DNA of 64,000 nt. Origin: Macrostomum lignano. Lineage: Eukaryota. The position numbers and the translations under genes are program-made. Positions 13,060 to 24,894 of the stretch are shown here, piece by piece. How positions within the stretch are numbered: the stretch's first letter is position 1; each line of letters opens with the position of its first letter. The DNA is taken from the NCBI GenBank assembly GCA_002269645.1, contig NIVC01000591.1, positions 682,001-746,000 of the forward strand, read 5' to 3'. A model generated the notes under the pieces. That model saw only the letters and a list, made by a program, of their open reading frames with translations, was not told the DNA's origin and searched no databases.

Positions 13060-13085
13060 GATAGATAGATAGACGGACAGACAGA
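12690..13085. repeat. Compound (GATA)n/(GACA)n microsatellite, probably in a 5'-UTR intron of the LITAF-like gene
   Basis: Direct reading. A minus-strand GTAAGT donor at 13112 and a TTTCAAAG acceptor at 12538 bracket it. Confidence 0.85.
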
Positions 13086-14679
13086 GCAACATTGAAAGTA
13101 ACCTGTACTTACGAATATTTTAAGTGTCTCCAACTTTTATGGTGCAGAAATTATTCAAAGAATCGAAACTTTAACGGTTTATTTTTAAGATTAAAAAATA
13201 TTTAGAGAATGATTTGTTGGAGTATTATCATACCAGTGTAACATGCAGTTACTAAGTATTTTAATTATAAACATGCAATGTTAGCCAAAATATCTTGGCA
13301 ATACCAGTATTCTTTGTTCTGACAGACTGCTGCTGGTCAAAGTCCAGTCAGTTCTATAAATGAAAAATATTTGATATAATATGCAAATAAACAAATCGGA
13401 GTTGTAGAGCATTGTTAACCGAGAGCTTCTGCAAAGGACAAAACAATCAACGCTTATTGTGAGTTGAGTGAAAAAGCATTCACAAAAAGTTGACGGAAAT
13501 TATGCTTTAAAAAGTCAATATCTTCGATGCTTGGTGGTACCGCTTTAGACAGGACTATACGTAGGATAGACGGGTTTTTTTAGTAAAGAAAATTTAAGCA
13601 TCGTTGTTAGAAATTGATTATTACAACAAAACATAAAGCCGGAAAAATACGTCAATAGACTTTTGTATTCGGAAACGCAAAGCATTAAAGCCAATTATGT
13701 ACGGTTTTGTTTGACTGCACACTTCTTTTCGTATTACCATCACTGGGGCACTTAATTCCATCAATAAAACGATTTTTCAAATAAGGACAGCTCTATGCGT
13801 GTTTTTTGTAAAGCAAGTTAGAGAACAACATTTATTCTTTGCCAAGTTGCAAAAATCAGTAGAGAGTTGTTTTCAATCTGAAAGAAAAACTTCCCTCACG
13901 GAGAATTTTTCAACATACTGGAGACAGCTTTATGTAGCTAGAAGGCTTGTTGAGTACGATTATTCACTATCACAAATGAATAGGATAAATAATAATTGCT
14001 TACACATTGTTTAGATTTTGTTTTAACTAGCTATGCTTCGATTTTTTGGTGCAGATTTAATTATAGAATAGACGAATTGACAAAAGGGACGAACTGCAGT
14101 AGCAAGAATACTCGTAGCTCGTAGGTTTGTTGGAATTTTCTAGCGTTGAGTTCTTCTCAACTGAGTTTGTCTATGGCTAAAGCCCATAATACACTACTAG
14201 CAGTACGATAATTTACGCTGATGCTTAATGCCTACAGCTCATTTCTAAGAAAATGGAGTTCACCGCGTCCTTCTACTGCAGTTGTAAATGTTGATCGAGT
14301 TTACGTGTCTTGTTCAATATTGATTCACGGTTTTTAAAAATTAAAAAAATTATTGAAAAACGGCAAAATGTGAAATACCGTTTAAATGGATTTTGTAATT
14401 TTTTTCATTTTGCATTACGTAACAGGATTTTAACCACAGACAGGCTGCTTCGTCGTAAATTTACCCTGCTTATTTCAGAAACCTACTCAGTGGGGGCTAG
14501 AGGGCCGTCCCCTTCTAATCGCCCCTTCATCAAAAATAAAAATCGCGCTCCTCCAATAACTAAATGAAGGAGGTAACTAAGGTCAACAAATGACAGGAGT
14601 TCAACTTTTGTGTCACCTCTTGAATGCAGCACGTAGCATTCACGGGCCTAGCAGACACGAGTATAGGGAAACCCACCAA

Positions 14680-14940
14680 GAGACAGGGGCGCCTACCAAG
14701 AGACAGGGGCGCCCTCCAAGAGACAGGGGCGCCTACCAACAGACAGGGACGCTCACTAACAAACTGGGACGCCCACCAAGAGACAGGGGCGCCCTCCAAG
14801 AGACAGGGGCGCCTACCAAGAGACAGGGGCGCCCTCCAAGAGACAGGGGCGCCTACCAAGAGACAGGGGCGCCCTCCAAGAGACAGGGGCGCCTACCAAG
14901 AGACAGGGGCGCCCTCCAAGAGACAGGGGCGCTCACTAAC
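14680..14940. repeat. 20-bp minisatellite (AGACAGGGGCGCCCTCCAAG / ...CCTACCAAG)
   Basis: Tandem copies visible. Confidence 0.85.
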
Positions 14941-15249
14941 AGACCAAATATTGGTGCCCCTCATGGTTGCTGCCCTGGACACTTAAAATTCCTGCGTAAG
15001 TCACTTGGCTTGTTTGCCTGGGTCAGGTATTATTTCAGTAACATGTTGTACTTTAACATAAAACAGGTGAGGTGACCTGTCCAGACTATAGGTGAGATTT
15101 TGTCCTATTTTTTAGTAAAAATTAATCTTACCTCCAACAATATTGACGACACATTGTAGTGAGAGATATAATATTTCTATAATTAGACTTTTTAGAAAAT
15201 ACGAAAACTTCTCGCGAAAGCTACCAAAGTTTTCAGGCCAGCTTCGGTT

Positions 15250-18200
15250 TCAGAACAGGCCGCAGTCCTTCAAATTGTTCTTGATGATGATGTCAATCAC
15301 CGCGTCGAACACCACCTTGATGTTGTTGGTGTCGGTGGCGCAGGTGAAGTGCGTGTAAATTGTCTTCGTGGCCTTGCGCTTGTTGAGATCTTCGAACTTC
15401 TGCCTGATGTACTGGCTGGCCTCGTCGTAGTTGTCGGAGCCCGAGTACTCCTCGAAGCAGACGGTGAGGGGGCTCTTCTTGATTTTCTCCTCAAACAGGT
15501 CGCGCTTGTTCAAAAATAAAATTATCGACGTGTTGACGAACCACTGCGAGTTGCAGATGGACTCGAACAGACGCATGGACTCGTGCATTCGATTCGTGCT
15601 CTGATCTTCCACCAGTTTCAAATCGTACTCGGACATGGCCACGAGGAACAGGATGGCCGTGACGCCTTCAAAGCAGTGCATCCACTTCTTGCGCTCGGAG
15701 CGCTGACCGCCTGTTGCAATTGAACGGCACACCTCATCGTTACGATAAAATGATTGAAATTTAATCAGTTTGCATCGTGGAAAAGATTTACATACATAAA
15801 ATCTGTGCAGTAGATAAGATTTCATTCAACTCTTAGCCATAACTCCTCACTCTCTCCTAACCAGCCTAAGCTGGTTCATTGTGACCCGAATTGCATCGCT
15901 TGGAACATTTGAGACGCGGATCAGTGGTACATTAACTCTATGTACAAATTGCATCACGTGACTGCTTTACAACTTCTATTATATATGTAACATTCCCTAT
16001 CTTTGCATTGGTGTAAATGTGTGCAATAATGGCTTAACTGCATTATGCTATGAAGTGACGTTATCCAAAATTGATGTCATCTCTGAAATGAGGACTTCAA
16101 TAAACTTCATAAGCCTACAATGACTCATAAAATTTCGTGCGGCTAATAAAATGATCACATATCCCATATCTTAAAAAAGTACTCGGCGATACTAATTTTT
16201 AGGGCGTCTATATTTAGGTCTATTAAGACCTTAGAGCTGCAATGCTTAGAGTCCCATGAGACCTTATATGCTGCTAACAAGCAGGTAGACAGCCCCCCCC
16301 AGCCGGTGTCAGATCAGCTTTCTTACAACCGCCATCGCTAATTAACTGAGTCAGAGAAAAATCAGCCTCATCAGGTATGCTCATTAACGCGAGCGCGGAC
16401 ACCTGCTGCTGCGAATGACTTCCCGTCTACTACTCTCTTTTTGTCACTCCGAGGGCATCCGCTATTTTTTAGTAGCAAACCTCCTTCATCTGCCGAGAAG
16501 CTGGACCGCTCTATAAAGCATCTCCGATTTCATGCCAACAACAATTGCCAAGTCTGAGCCTTCTGGTTTTTTCTTTTTCACCTTTTATGGCCTTTACGAG
16601 CAACTCAACTTAGTGCAGGCTCAGCCTCCCAGATGACGCGCCCGAGCAAGAAAAGGAGCTCCATGGACAACTAGAGTAGAAGGGCGTTACACTCGGCTTT
16701 TGTGGAAATCGGGCTGGAGGTCAAATTTTGTCCATGAGGCGCTCGTGCAGGGTGAGGCGCCTTTGCAGCGGAGTAGAGCCTCCAGATCATTTCTAGGAAA
16801 ATCAGCTGTCCATGAGCATGCATGTGGCGCCCACCCACGTGCGCTCTTCATCCTTCGTAAATAGTTGAATAATTAATAGCAGTAATTACTATATCTCATC
16901 GGCTCTGGAACATGGTCATGTCTCAAGCCTCTCCAAGCCAATGTTCTACAGTCACCTCGAGCATAGCTAAAGAGAAAAAAATTGACAGTGTAGCAGAAGT
17001 CACGCAATGCCGATCGCTTGAGCTGCGAGTTCCAGTCTTGCCTGGGATTGACAGCAAAAAATCCCCAACCCCCCCCCCGCCGCTCGACGGGAGATTAAAT
17101 TTGTTCGACTGGCACGCACCGGGGATTCGGGTTGCCTCTTCTGCTCCTTTGAGGCATCGGGGCTAATTAAATTGCAGCGCTTTCTGCCCAAAATCCTCGA
17201 CTCGGGACCTGCTAATTGCTAGTCATTGAAAGCGATTTAATCCCCAGGACCTGCAGACTCCGTGCGAAGAAGATTTGAGCACCTAAACGGGACCCCAAGG
17301 TGGCCCCAGGTGAGACAGTCAGTCAGCATTCGCTGCAATTGCTCAGAGCTACCCTGTCACATCGTGGCTGCCTTGAGAAGGCCTCCTGCGTAATAACCAC
17401 AACCAACTCTCATGAACTCTGCTGCTCAGGAGGGGGGGCCATAGCCCAGCGGTCTAGCGCTGGCTCTGGTGTGCCAGCAACCCAGGCTCGATTCCCAGTG
17501 CAGTCACATTAATTTGGGGCTGAATTGGAATCTCGGCTTGGCTCTGCTCGTGCAATTAACGGCCTTGAGAGCCAACCCCCCAAGGCGCAGTGAAGTGTAC
17601 ATGCCTAACGATAATATAAAGTTAGGGCCGCTGTACACTCCTGTGTGAGTGTGTGCCTGCGTACGTATCCGCGCGCTTGTATGCCTGCTCAGGGGAGTCG
17701 GCGGAATGGGCAGTAATGCCTCTCGCCGGTTGTGTGCCTATGTCGCTTAAAGTGCGCCAGGGTTGCACACAACCCCCCTGCCTCTAATAAAACTCTGCTG
17801 CTCAGGAGTCTGCGCTGGTTGTGTGACGATGTCCCCAATGGCACTGTACCTGTCGGCTGCCCACAAGCATTTCATTCTATTTTTAGCAATTCACGTTTAG
17901 AAATCTTGAAATAAACCTTTCAGACAATTTCAACCTCTTTCCGAATTGTCGCAACTGGGTGTGGTTAAAGAAATTGTCTAAGATGCTGCTAAAATTTTTG
18001 CCATTTGATTGACTGCTCACATATCGAGTGCTGCTAACAAGTGTTGCAGCACATCAATTGACACAGGAAAGCAGCACTTCTTCAAGCCTAGAGTGTGATC
18101 TCCATGGCAGCGTGCAGGTGCGAACCCTGTGGGACCCATCTGTGATCCTTCTTCAACGTGATGGGTGTCTGTTTCCGGCAATGATCCGAGAGGAGCCTGC

Positions 18201-21200
18201 AGGTAAGAATTTGATACGCCAGAAGGGAGATGAATGATCGTGATGATGATGATGATGGCTGGGGATGGGAGACAGACTCCCGGTCCCCGGATCTTGCCGA
18301 GGGTTGTTTTTCTAGGAAAGGGAGAGAGTTGGGAAAAGGGATGGGCAGAGCTCCCGGTCCGGGGCTGTTCACGAAAAGCAAACACAAGGACAGGCCATCG
18401 GGCATCAACCCCACCCAGCTAGCTTTCGGAGTTCATGCGATGTCGACATTCACGATTTAGATCAATCTGTAGATGATGAGATGACAGAATTAGAGGCTGC
18501 AGAAAATGTTTCATTTTTCCCCGACAATTCAGGAAATTTTATACTCCTGTCGCCTGAGATTGCGGTGTGCGATTACAGGAATGCAGAAATATAGAGTACT
18601 CTGTGTACTTTGCTCACGTTCTTGTTCGCATCGATTCTTAGAATTAAGCACTTAATTGTCATGAGACTCGCTGGCGTGAGAATCGGTGGCATGAGAATCG
18701 GTGGCATGAGAATCGGTGATTGCATGAGAATCGGTGATTGCATGAGAATCGGTGGCATGAGAATCGGTGATTGCATGAGAATCGGTGATTGCATGAGAAT
18801 CGGTGATTGCATGAGAATCGGTGATTGCATGAGAATCGGTGATTGCATGAGAATCGGTGATTGCATGAGAATCGGTGATTGCATGAGAATCGGTGATTGC
18901 ATGAGAATCGGTGATTGTATGAGAATCGGTGATTGTATGAGAATCGGTGATTGCATGAGAATCGGTGATTGCATGAGAATCGGTGATTGTATGAGAATCG
19001 GTGATTGTATGAGAATCGGTGATTGCATGAGAATCGGTGGCATGAGAATCGGTGGCATGAGAATCGGTGGCATGAGAATCGGTACATGCATGAGAATCGG
19101 TGCATGCATGAAAATCGGTACATGCATGAGAATCGGTGGCATGAGAATCGGTGGCATGAGAATCGGTGGCATGAGAATCGGTGGCATGAGAATCGGTGGC
19201 ATGAGAATCGGTGGCATGAGAATCGGTGGCATGAGAATCGGTGGCATGAGAATCGGTGCATGCATGAAAATCGGTGCATGCATGAAAATCGGTACATGCA
19301 TGAGAATCGGAGGCATGAGAATCGGAGACATGAGAATCGGAGGCATGAGAATCGGAGGCATGAGAATCGGAGGCATGAGAATCGGAGGCATGAGAATCGG
19401 AGGCATGAGAATCGGAGGCATGAGAATCAGAGGCATGAGAATCGGAGGCATGAGAATCGGAGGCATGAGAATCGGTGGCATGAGAATCGGTGGCATGAGA
19501 ATCGGTGGCATGAGAATCGGAGGCATGAGAATCGGAGGCATGAGAATCGGTGGCATGAGAATCGGTGGCATGAGAATCGGTGATTGCATGAGAATCGGTG
19601 GCATGAGAATCGGTGGCATGAGAATCGGTGGCATGAGAATCGGTGGCATGAGAATCGGTGGCATGAGAATCGGTGGCATGAGAATCGGTGGCATGAGAAT
19701 CGGTGGCATGAGAATCGGTGGCATGAGAATCGGTGGCATGAGAATCGGTGATTGCATGAGAATCGGTGATTGCATGAGAATCGGTGATTGCATGAGAATC
19801 GGTGATTGCATGAGAATCGGTGATTGCATGAGAATCGGTGATTGCATGAGAATCGGTGATTGCATGAGAATCGGTGATTGCATGAGAATCGGTGATTGCA
19901 TGAGAATCGGTGGCATGAGAATCGGTGATTGCATGAGAATCGGTGGCATGAGAATCGGTGGCATGAGAATCGGTGGCATGAGAATCGGTGGCATGAGAAT
20001 CGGTGGCATGAGAATCGGTGGCATGAGAATCGGTGGCATGAGAATCGGTGGCATGAGAATCAGTGGCATGAGAATCGGTGGCACGAGAATCGGTGGCATG
20101 AGAATCGGTGGCATGAGAATCGGTGGCATGAAAATCGGTGGCATGAGAATCGGTGGCATGAGAATCGGTGGCATGAGAATCGGTGGCATGAGAATCGGTG
20201 GCATGAGAATCGGTGGCATGAGAATCGGTGGCATGAGAATCGGTGGCATGAGAATCGGTGGCATGAGAATCGGTGGCATGAGAATCGGTGGCATGAGAAT
20301 CGGTGGCATGAGAATCGGTACATGCATGAGAATCGGTGGCATGAGAATCGGTGGCATGAGAATCGGTGGCATGAGAATCGGTGGCATGAGAATCGGTACA
20401 TGCATGAGAATCGGTGGCATGAGAATCGGTGGCATGAGAATCGGTGGCATGAGAATCGGTGGCATGAGAATCGGTACATGCATGAGAATCGGTGGCATGA
20501 GAATCGGTGGCATGAGAATCGGTGGCATGAGAATCGGTGGCATGAGAATCGGTGGCATGAGAATCGGTGGCATGAGAATCGGTGGCATGAGAATCGGTGG
20601 CATGAGAATCGGTGGCATGAGAATCGGTGGCATGAGAATCGGTGGCATGAGAATCGGTGGCATGAGAATCGGTGGCATGAGAATCGGTGGCATGAGAATC
20701 GGTGGCATGAGAATCGGTGGCATGAGAATCGGTGGCATGAGAATCGGTGGCATGAGAATCGGTGGCATGAGAATCGGTGGCATGAGAATCGGTGGCATGA
20801 GAATCGGTGGCATGAGAATCGGTGCATGCATGAAAATCGGTACATGCATGAGAATCGGAGGCATGAGAATCGGAGACATGAGAATCGGAGGCATGAGAAT
20901 CGGAGGCATGAGAATCGGAGGCATGAGAATCGGAGGCATGAGAATCAGAGGCATGAGAATCGGAGGCATGAGAATCGGAGGCATGAGAATCGGAGGCATG
21001 AGAATCAGAGGCATGAGAATCGGAGGCATGAGAATCGGAGGCATGAGAATCGGAGGCATGAGAATCGGAGGCATGAGAATCGGAGGCATGAGAATCGGTG
21101 GCATGAGAATCGGAGGCATGAGAATCGGAGGCATGAGAATCGGAGGCATGAGAATCGGTGGCATGAGAATCGGAGGCATGAGAATCGGAGGCATGAGAAT

Positions 21201-22624
21201 CGGAGGCATGAGAATCGGTGGCATGAGAATCGGAGGCATGAGAATCGGAGGCATGAGAATGGAATTTAAAGGAAATATTCAGTTGTTGCTGGCAACATTC
21301 CCAAAACTGTAACAATAAAAATGCTGCATATTTCTAACTGAAATTTTTAATTACCAAATTAATCAATCGAATTAGTATTCAATTACAGATCTTTTAACAC
21401 AAACGGAACCAAAAAGTGTCATTGTCGGATAGAAGTGCTCCTAATCAATTTCTTTTCCCAGCGTTGGTTTAGAATTCAGAGTGCAATTTTGCATGGAATA
21501 TGGGAGACAAACGATCGGCCATGGCAACTCTATTGACACTGAGCAGCTTCTCCTCATGCCCTGTTGCCATGCAGTGCACATCTGCATCAACCGTATTTGC
21601 ACACTCATCCATTTGTGCACTCTTGACACGAAGGCGCCACTGCATGCTTCCTCCTGTGGTCACCGAGATTCTTTGCTTCTTTGTAAAGCTTGGAGATTCT
21701 GACATCCTGATTTTGGAGATTCTGACATCCTGATTTTGGAGATTCTGACATCCTGATTTAGGAGATTCTGACATCCTGATTTGGGAGATTCTGACATCCT
21801 GATTTGGGAGATTCTGACATCCTGATTTTGGATATTCTGACATCCTGATTTGGGAGATTCTGAAATCTTGAATTGGGAGATTCTGTGATACATTTTGTTA
21901 CTCCAATTGCCACCCTCAAGAATCCAAAGCACCCTAGCTGACTTCCCCAGCTGGCACCTGCAGACATTCAGACAGATGCCGATATGAGAATAATTTATAA
22001 TTTCGTCAATTTTCACTCACCAACGTCAAACACTTTGAAGTCGAGATCCTTGAAGTGGAAATGCGTCTCCACGATGCCGGTGGTCTTCACTCGGCTGCGC
22101 AGGACGTCCTGCTCGGTCGGCAGGTAACCCGGCGCGGACAGCCGGTCCAAGGAGTCCAGGTAATAACCCGCCGAGTCATTCAGCTGGTACTCCTTGGCCC
22201 GGGCGAAGCAGTCCTTGATAGCCTGGTCGGCCCACAGACGCTTCAGCGAGTCCACCAGCTCATCGGGGAACTCGCCCTCCTCGGCTGTCTTCATGTAGCC
22301 GCTCACGATTTTGGCGTCGGCCTTGGCCTGATCGCCAGCCTCGATGCCGAGGGTCTCCAGAGCCTGGATGATGGTGTACATGCTCTGCACTGTGTTGGCG
22401 AAGATGATCGCCACGTACTCCTTGCGCTCCTCTTCCGTGTAGCCTTTGCCGTGAATGATGGTCATCTGCTTCAGGATTGTGCTTTTGCCGCACTCGCCAG
22501 CTCCGAGCAGGAGCAGCTTCACCTCCTTCATCGCCTTCTCGGCGTCCGCTCTGAGCTGCTTCTCAATCTGACGGTTCTTACTGTCCTGATCCTTGTCCAC
22601 AGGGGCACTGTTGGCGCAACCCAT
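15250..22624 (-). CDS. GNAI: Heterotrimeric G protein alpha subunit, Gi/o family (Gi-type C-terminus), 354 aa, two exons
   Basis: Exon 1 22624-22021 and exon 2 15710-15250 join as DVG|GQRSERKKW (GTGAGT donor, TGCAACAG acceptor, phase 1). MGC lipidation motif, [10 protein letters not shown]-loop, RVKTTG, NKRD, TCAT, and LKDCGLF end. Confidence 0.95.
17433..17790 (+). mobile_element. tRNA-derived SINE (~358 bp) with 18-bp target-site duplication
   Basis: AACTCTGCTGCTCAGGAG at 17415-17432 and 17791-17808. Head has A-box TAGCCCAGCGG and B-box-like GGCTCGATTCC; ends in TAATAA. Confidence 0.75.
18050..18594 (+). other. Candidate two-exon coding fragment with PWWP/Tudor-like pattern, antisense inside the G-alpha intron
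   Basis: Putative exons 18050-18202 (GTAAGA donor) and 18461-18594 (ATTTAG acceptor) are phase-1 compatible. They join to ...[68 protein letters not shown]. No start codon found. Confidence 0.35.
18660..21260. repeat. 2.6-kb 15/18-bp minisatellite (GCATGAGAATCGGTG, variants ...GGAG and ...GGTGATT) in the G-alpha intron
   Basis: Direct reading. Unit lengths are multiples of 3, which explains the ~900-aa ORFs. Confidence 0.95.
21690..21880. repeat. 23-bp minisatellite (GGAGATTCTGACATCCTGATTTT)
   Basis: About 7 tandem copies. Confidence 0.9.
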
Positions 22625-23636
22625 GACGTGATTTTGAGTCTTTGTTCAGCTTTGGCTAACCGTGGGACGTCTTTTCCTTCTGCCTCGTGGGAGCGACGCA
22701 GCGGGGATTAAAGCTGGATCCAGGTGGGTGGGTGGTTGTTTGTCGCGGGAATCGCGAGTCAGCTCGGGGGTTGGCAGAAATAGAAGTTTTCGCGTAGTCC
22801 CTCCTCAATTTACATAGCAGAAGCTCTGCCCACCTGCCCACCACCCCGGGATTCGCTACAGCATCCCGTATCCACCTGCCGTCAAACCCGTCTCCCTTCC
22901 TATCCAGCGGCCCAAGGCCCAGGATCACCCAGACTCTCATCCTCTGTCTTCCCCGTCCATCCCCATCCAGCCTCACAGCGAGCTCATCACGCAGCCCAGC
23001 CCAGGACAGACTCAATGCTCGCCGGGCGCTCATTGGACTCAGGCTTCGAGGCGCTGAGGATGCTAAGAGGAAGTGAAGACAGTCAGGTAGCAGAACTCTC
23101 CTGCTCGCTGCTGGAGCTGCAGGTAGCGGAGATGCACGGGGTTGGAGGGGGGAGGCAAGACTGCATGCAGCAACGGCAGGATTCCGGCAAGGAAGAAGGA
23201 ATGAGAGAGCTGAGAGAGCGCGTGCTCAAGTCACGTCTCGCGCATTCAAACCAAAAAGGTCATCACCGATAGCTCTGCCCTCTTCGTTCCGGATCTTCGT
23301 TGCTTTTCCAGCGCCCTTGGGACAATTTTGTGACATTGTTAACTGTTGAGTCCCAACCCCCCTTGCAGTCCCGCCCCTCCACCCAAGTCAATCAGCTTCC
23401 TTCTCAATATTGCATTCCCCATTCCTGCCTGGCTAAAACATTCCCCTCAATCGGTGCGATGGCCAGAGCCCCTTCCACACTCGATTGTTCGTCAGCTGCT
23501 TCGACCACGCTTTGACTCTTGACGACAGGGTGGAGCTGGGACGAGATTTGTTGAGAATAATATGTAGTGAGACGAGGGACTCACTAGTCTGAGCTACAGG
23601 GGGGGGGGGTTCTGAGGGAGGGTGGGCGCGGCGCCG

Positions 23637-23657
23637 GTTGTCATGGCGACCCAATCC
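23637..23657. promoter_or_regulatory. RFX X-box-like palindrome with adjacent CCAAT, ~1 kb upstream of the G-alpha ATG
   Basis: GTTGTCATGGCGAC (12/14 to GTTGCCATGGCAAC), immediately followed by CCAAT, in a GC-rich upstream region. Confidence 0.4.
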
Positions 23658-24254
23658 TCAACAGGGGTAAATAGGGCGATCACGGGCTAGAAGAGATGGG
23701 AGAGAGAGGGGGGAGGCGAGGCCCGGGGCGGGTACGAAGTGAGTTTAAAGACTCAGACTGACGAGAGCGGAGAGCAAACGCTGAGGCGGGTGCAGGTGAG
23801 GGGTGTGGGAACCAGTCAGGCCGCAGAATCTCCTGGATCAGGTGAACGGCGAGGCAGAAAGGCGCAGCCGAGCCAAAAAAGGGCGGGCGGGGCGCCGAGG
23901 AGGGGATGAAGATTGGGCGAGGCGGAGCTGAAGAAGATGGACTAAAAGCGGGGCAGGGATGGGGGGGCAGTTCGGAGACTGCGCGAGTTGCTCGGCTTCC
24001 CCAATCTGCAACTCAGCAGCCAACTCAGCTTCATCAGCCGTTCAATCTCCGGCAAGCATCTATAGCTCCAAGCAAATTCCTCTTGTCCGCCTCGGTATTA
24101 ATAATAAAGATAAATTCACACAAAATCTTCAAGTCTCCGAGCAGATTTTGCATGTCGCTTAGGCTTATCGCAATTCTTTAGCATAGTCTTCTTTATCGGT
24201 AGACCCGTAGAGCAACCCGCCGGGCATTGGCGAGATTCAGTTTTTTAGCACTAG

Positions 24255-24500
24255 AGGGGATTGCAGCCTGGTGGTTAGAGCGGCGGACTCCCGACTTGAA
24301 GGTCGGAGGCTCGATTCTCGACCCACTGATCGGAACAATTTGTGTCCTTTGAGCAAGACATTTGACTGTACATTACTACAGTTTACTCGGTTGTAAAATG
24401 TAAAATGCCAGCATCAGCTGGGGTAATTGAGGGGTAACTCAGTCCTTGGACTGAACAGCCGTACGCAGCCTTCAGATGCGCCGTGCAATAGCGACTAAAT
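24255..24500 (+). mobile_element. tRNA-derived SINE with CORE-like central domain
   Basis: tRNA-like head (GCAGCCTGGTGGTTAGAGCG...GGCTCGATTCTC), then TGTGTCCTTTGAGCAAGACATTTGAC...CAGTTTACTCGGTTGTAAAATG, which resembles the CORE-SINE motif TGTGACCTTGGGCAAGTCACTT...CTGTAAAATG. 3' end uncertain. Confidence 0.6.
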
Positions 24501-24894
24501 TGAACTCTGAGTCAACTAAAATCAAATTTCTGGCTGCGGGACGATGTACACAGTGTACCTACTACGAGTATTAAAGATACACTCTTATTTTAGACACAGT
24601 TCGCTCGATGTTATGACCTGAATTGAGTCAGAATGCACATATGCGCTGAATGTTTATGCAGTTTCATTCCACACCAAAAACATCGAAAAACATCGGCCAA
24701 ACCAAACGAATGCCCGATTTCTTATTATCACCAAACCCCAACCCCGTAAAACGCACAGATAAGCGCGAACACCAGCTGCTGCCTTTCCACTCGGCGCGCT
24801 CAACGGAGGTGGCGATGGCAGGTGCGGAGTGGCAGTTGGAAAACATGCAGTTTATTGAGAGCCTACTTGGACTGGGGCCTAGCGACCTGTGAGG

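Noticed and set aside
16310-16385. Minus-strand CTGATGA followed by a possible stem II
   Set aside because: No GAAA core follows; not supportable as a ribozyme.
17433-17507. tRNA gene
   Set aside because: The acceptor and T stems do not pair properly, and it lies at the head of a TSD-flanked element, so it is treated as a SINE head. The same applies to 24255-24330.
18573-21315. ~900-aa ORFs in several frames (MRIGG/MPPIL/DSHAT/HENRW repeats)
   Set aside because: Products of a stop-free 15/18-bp minisatellite inside a well-supported G-alpha intron; open on both strands with no unique coding sequence.
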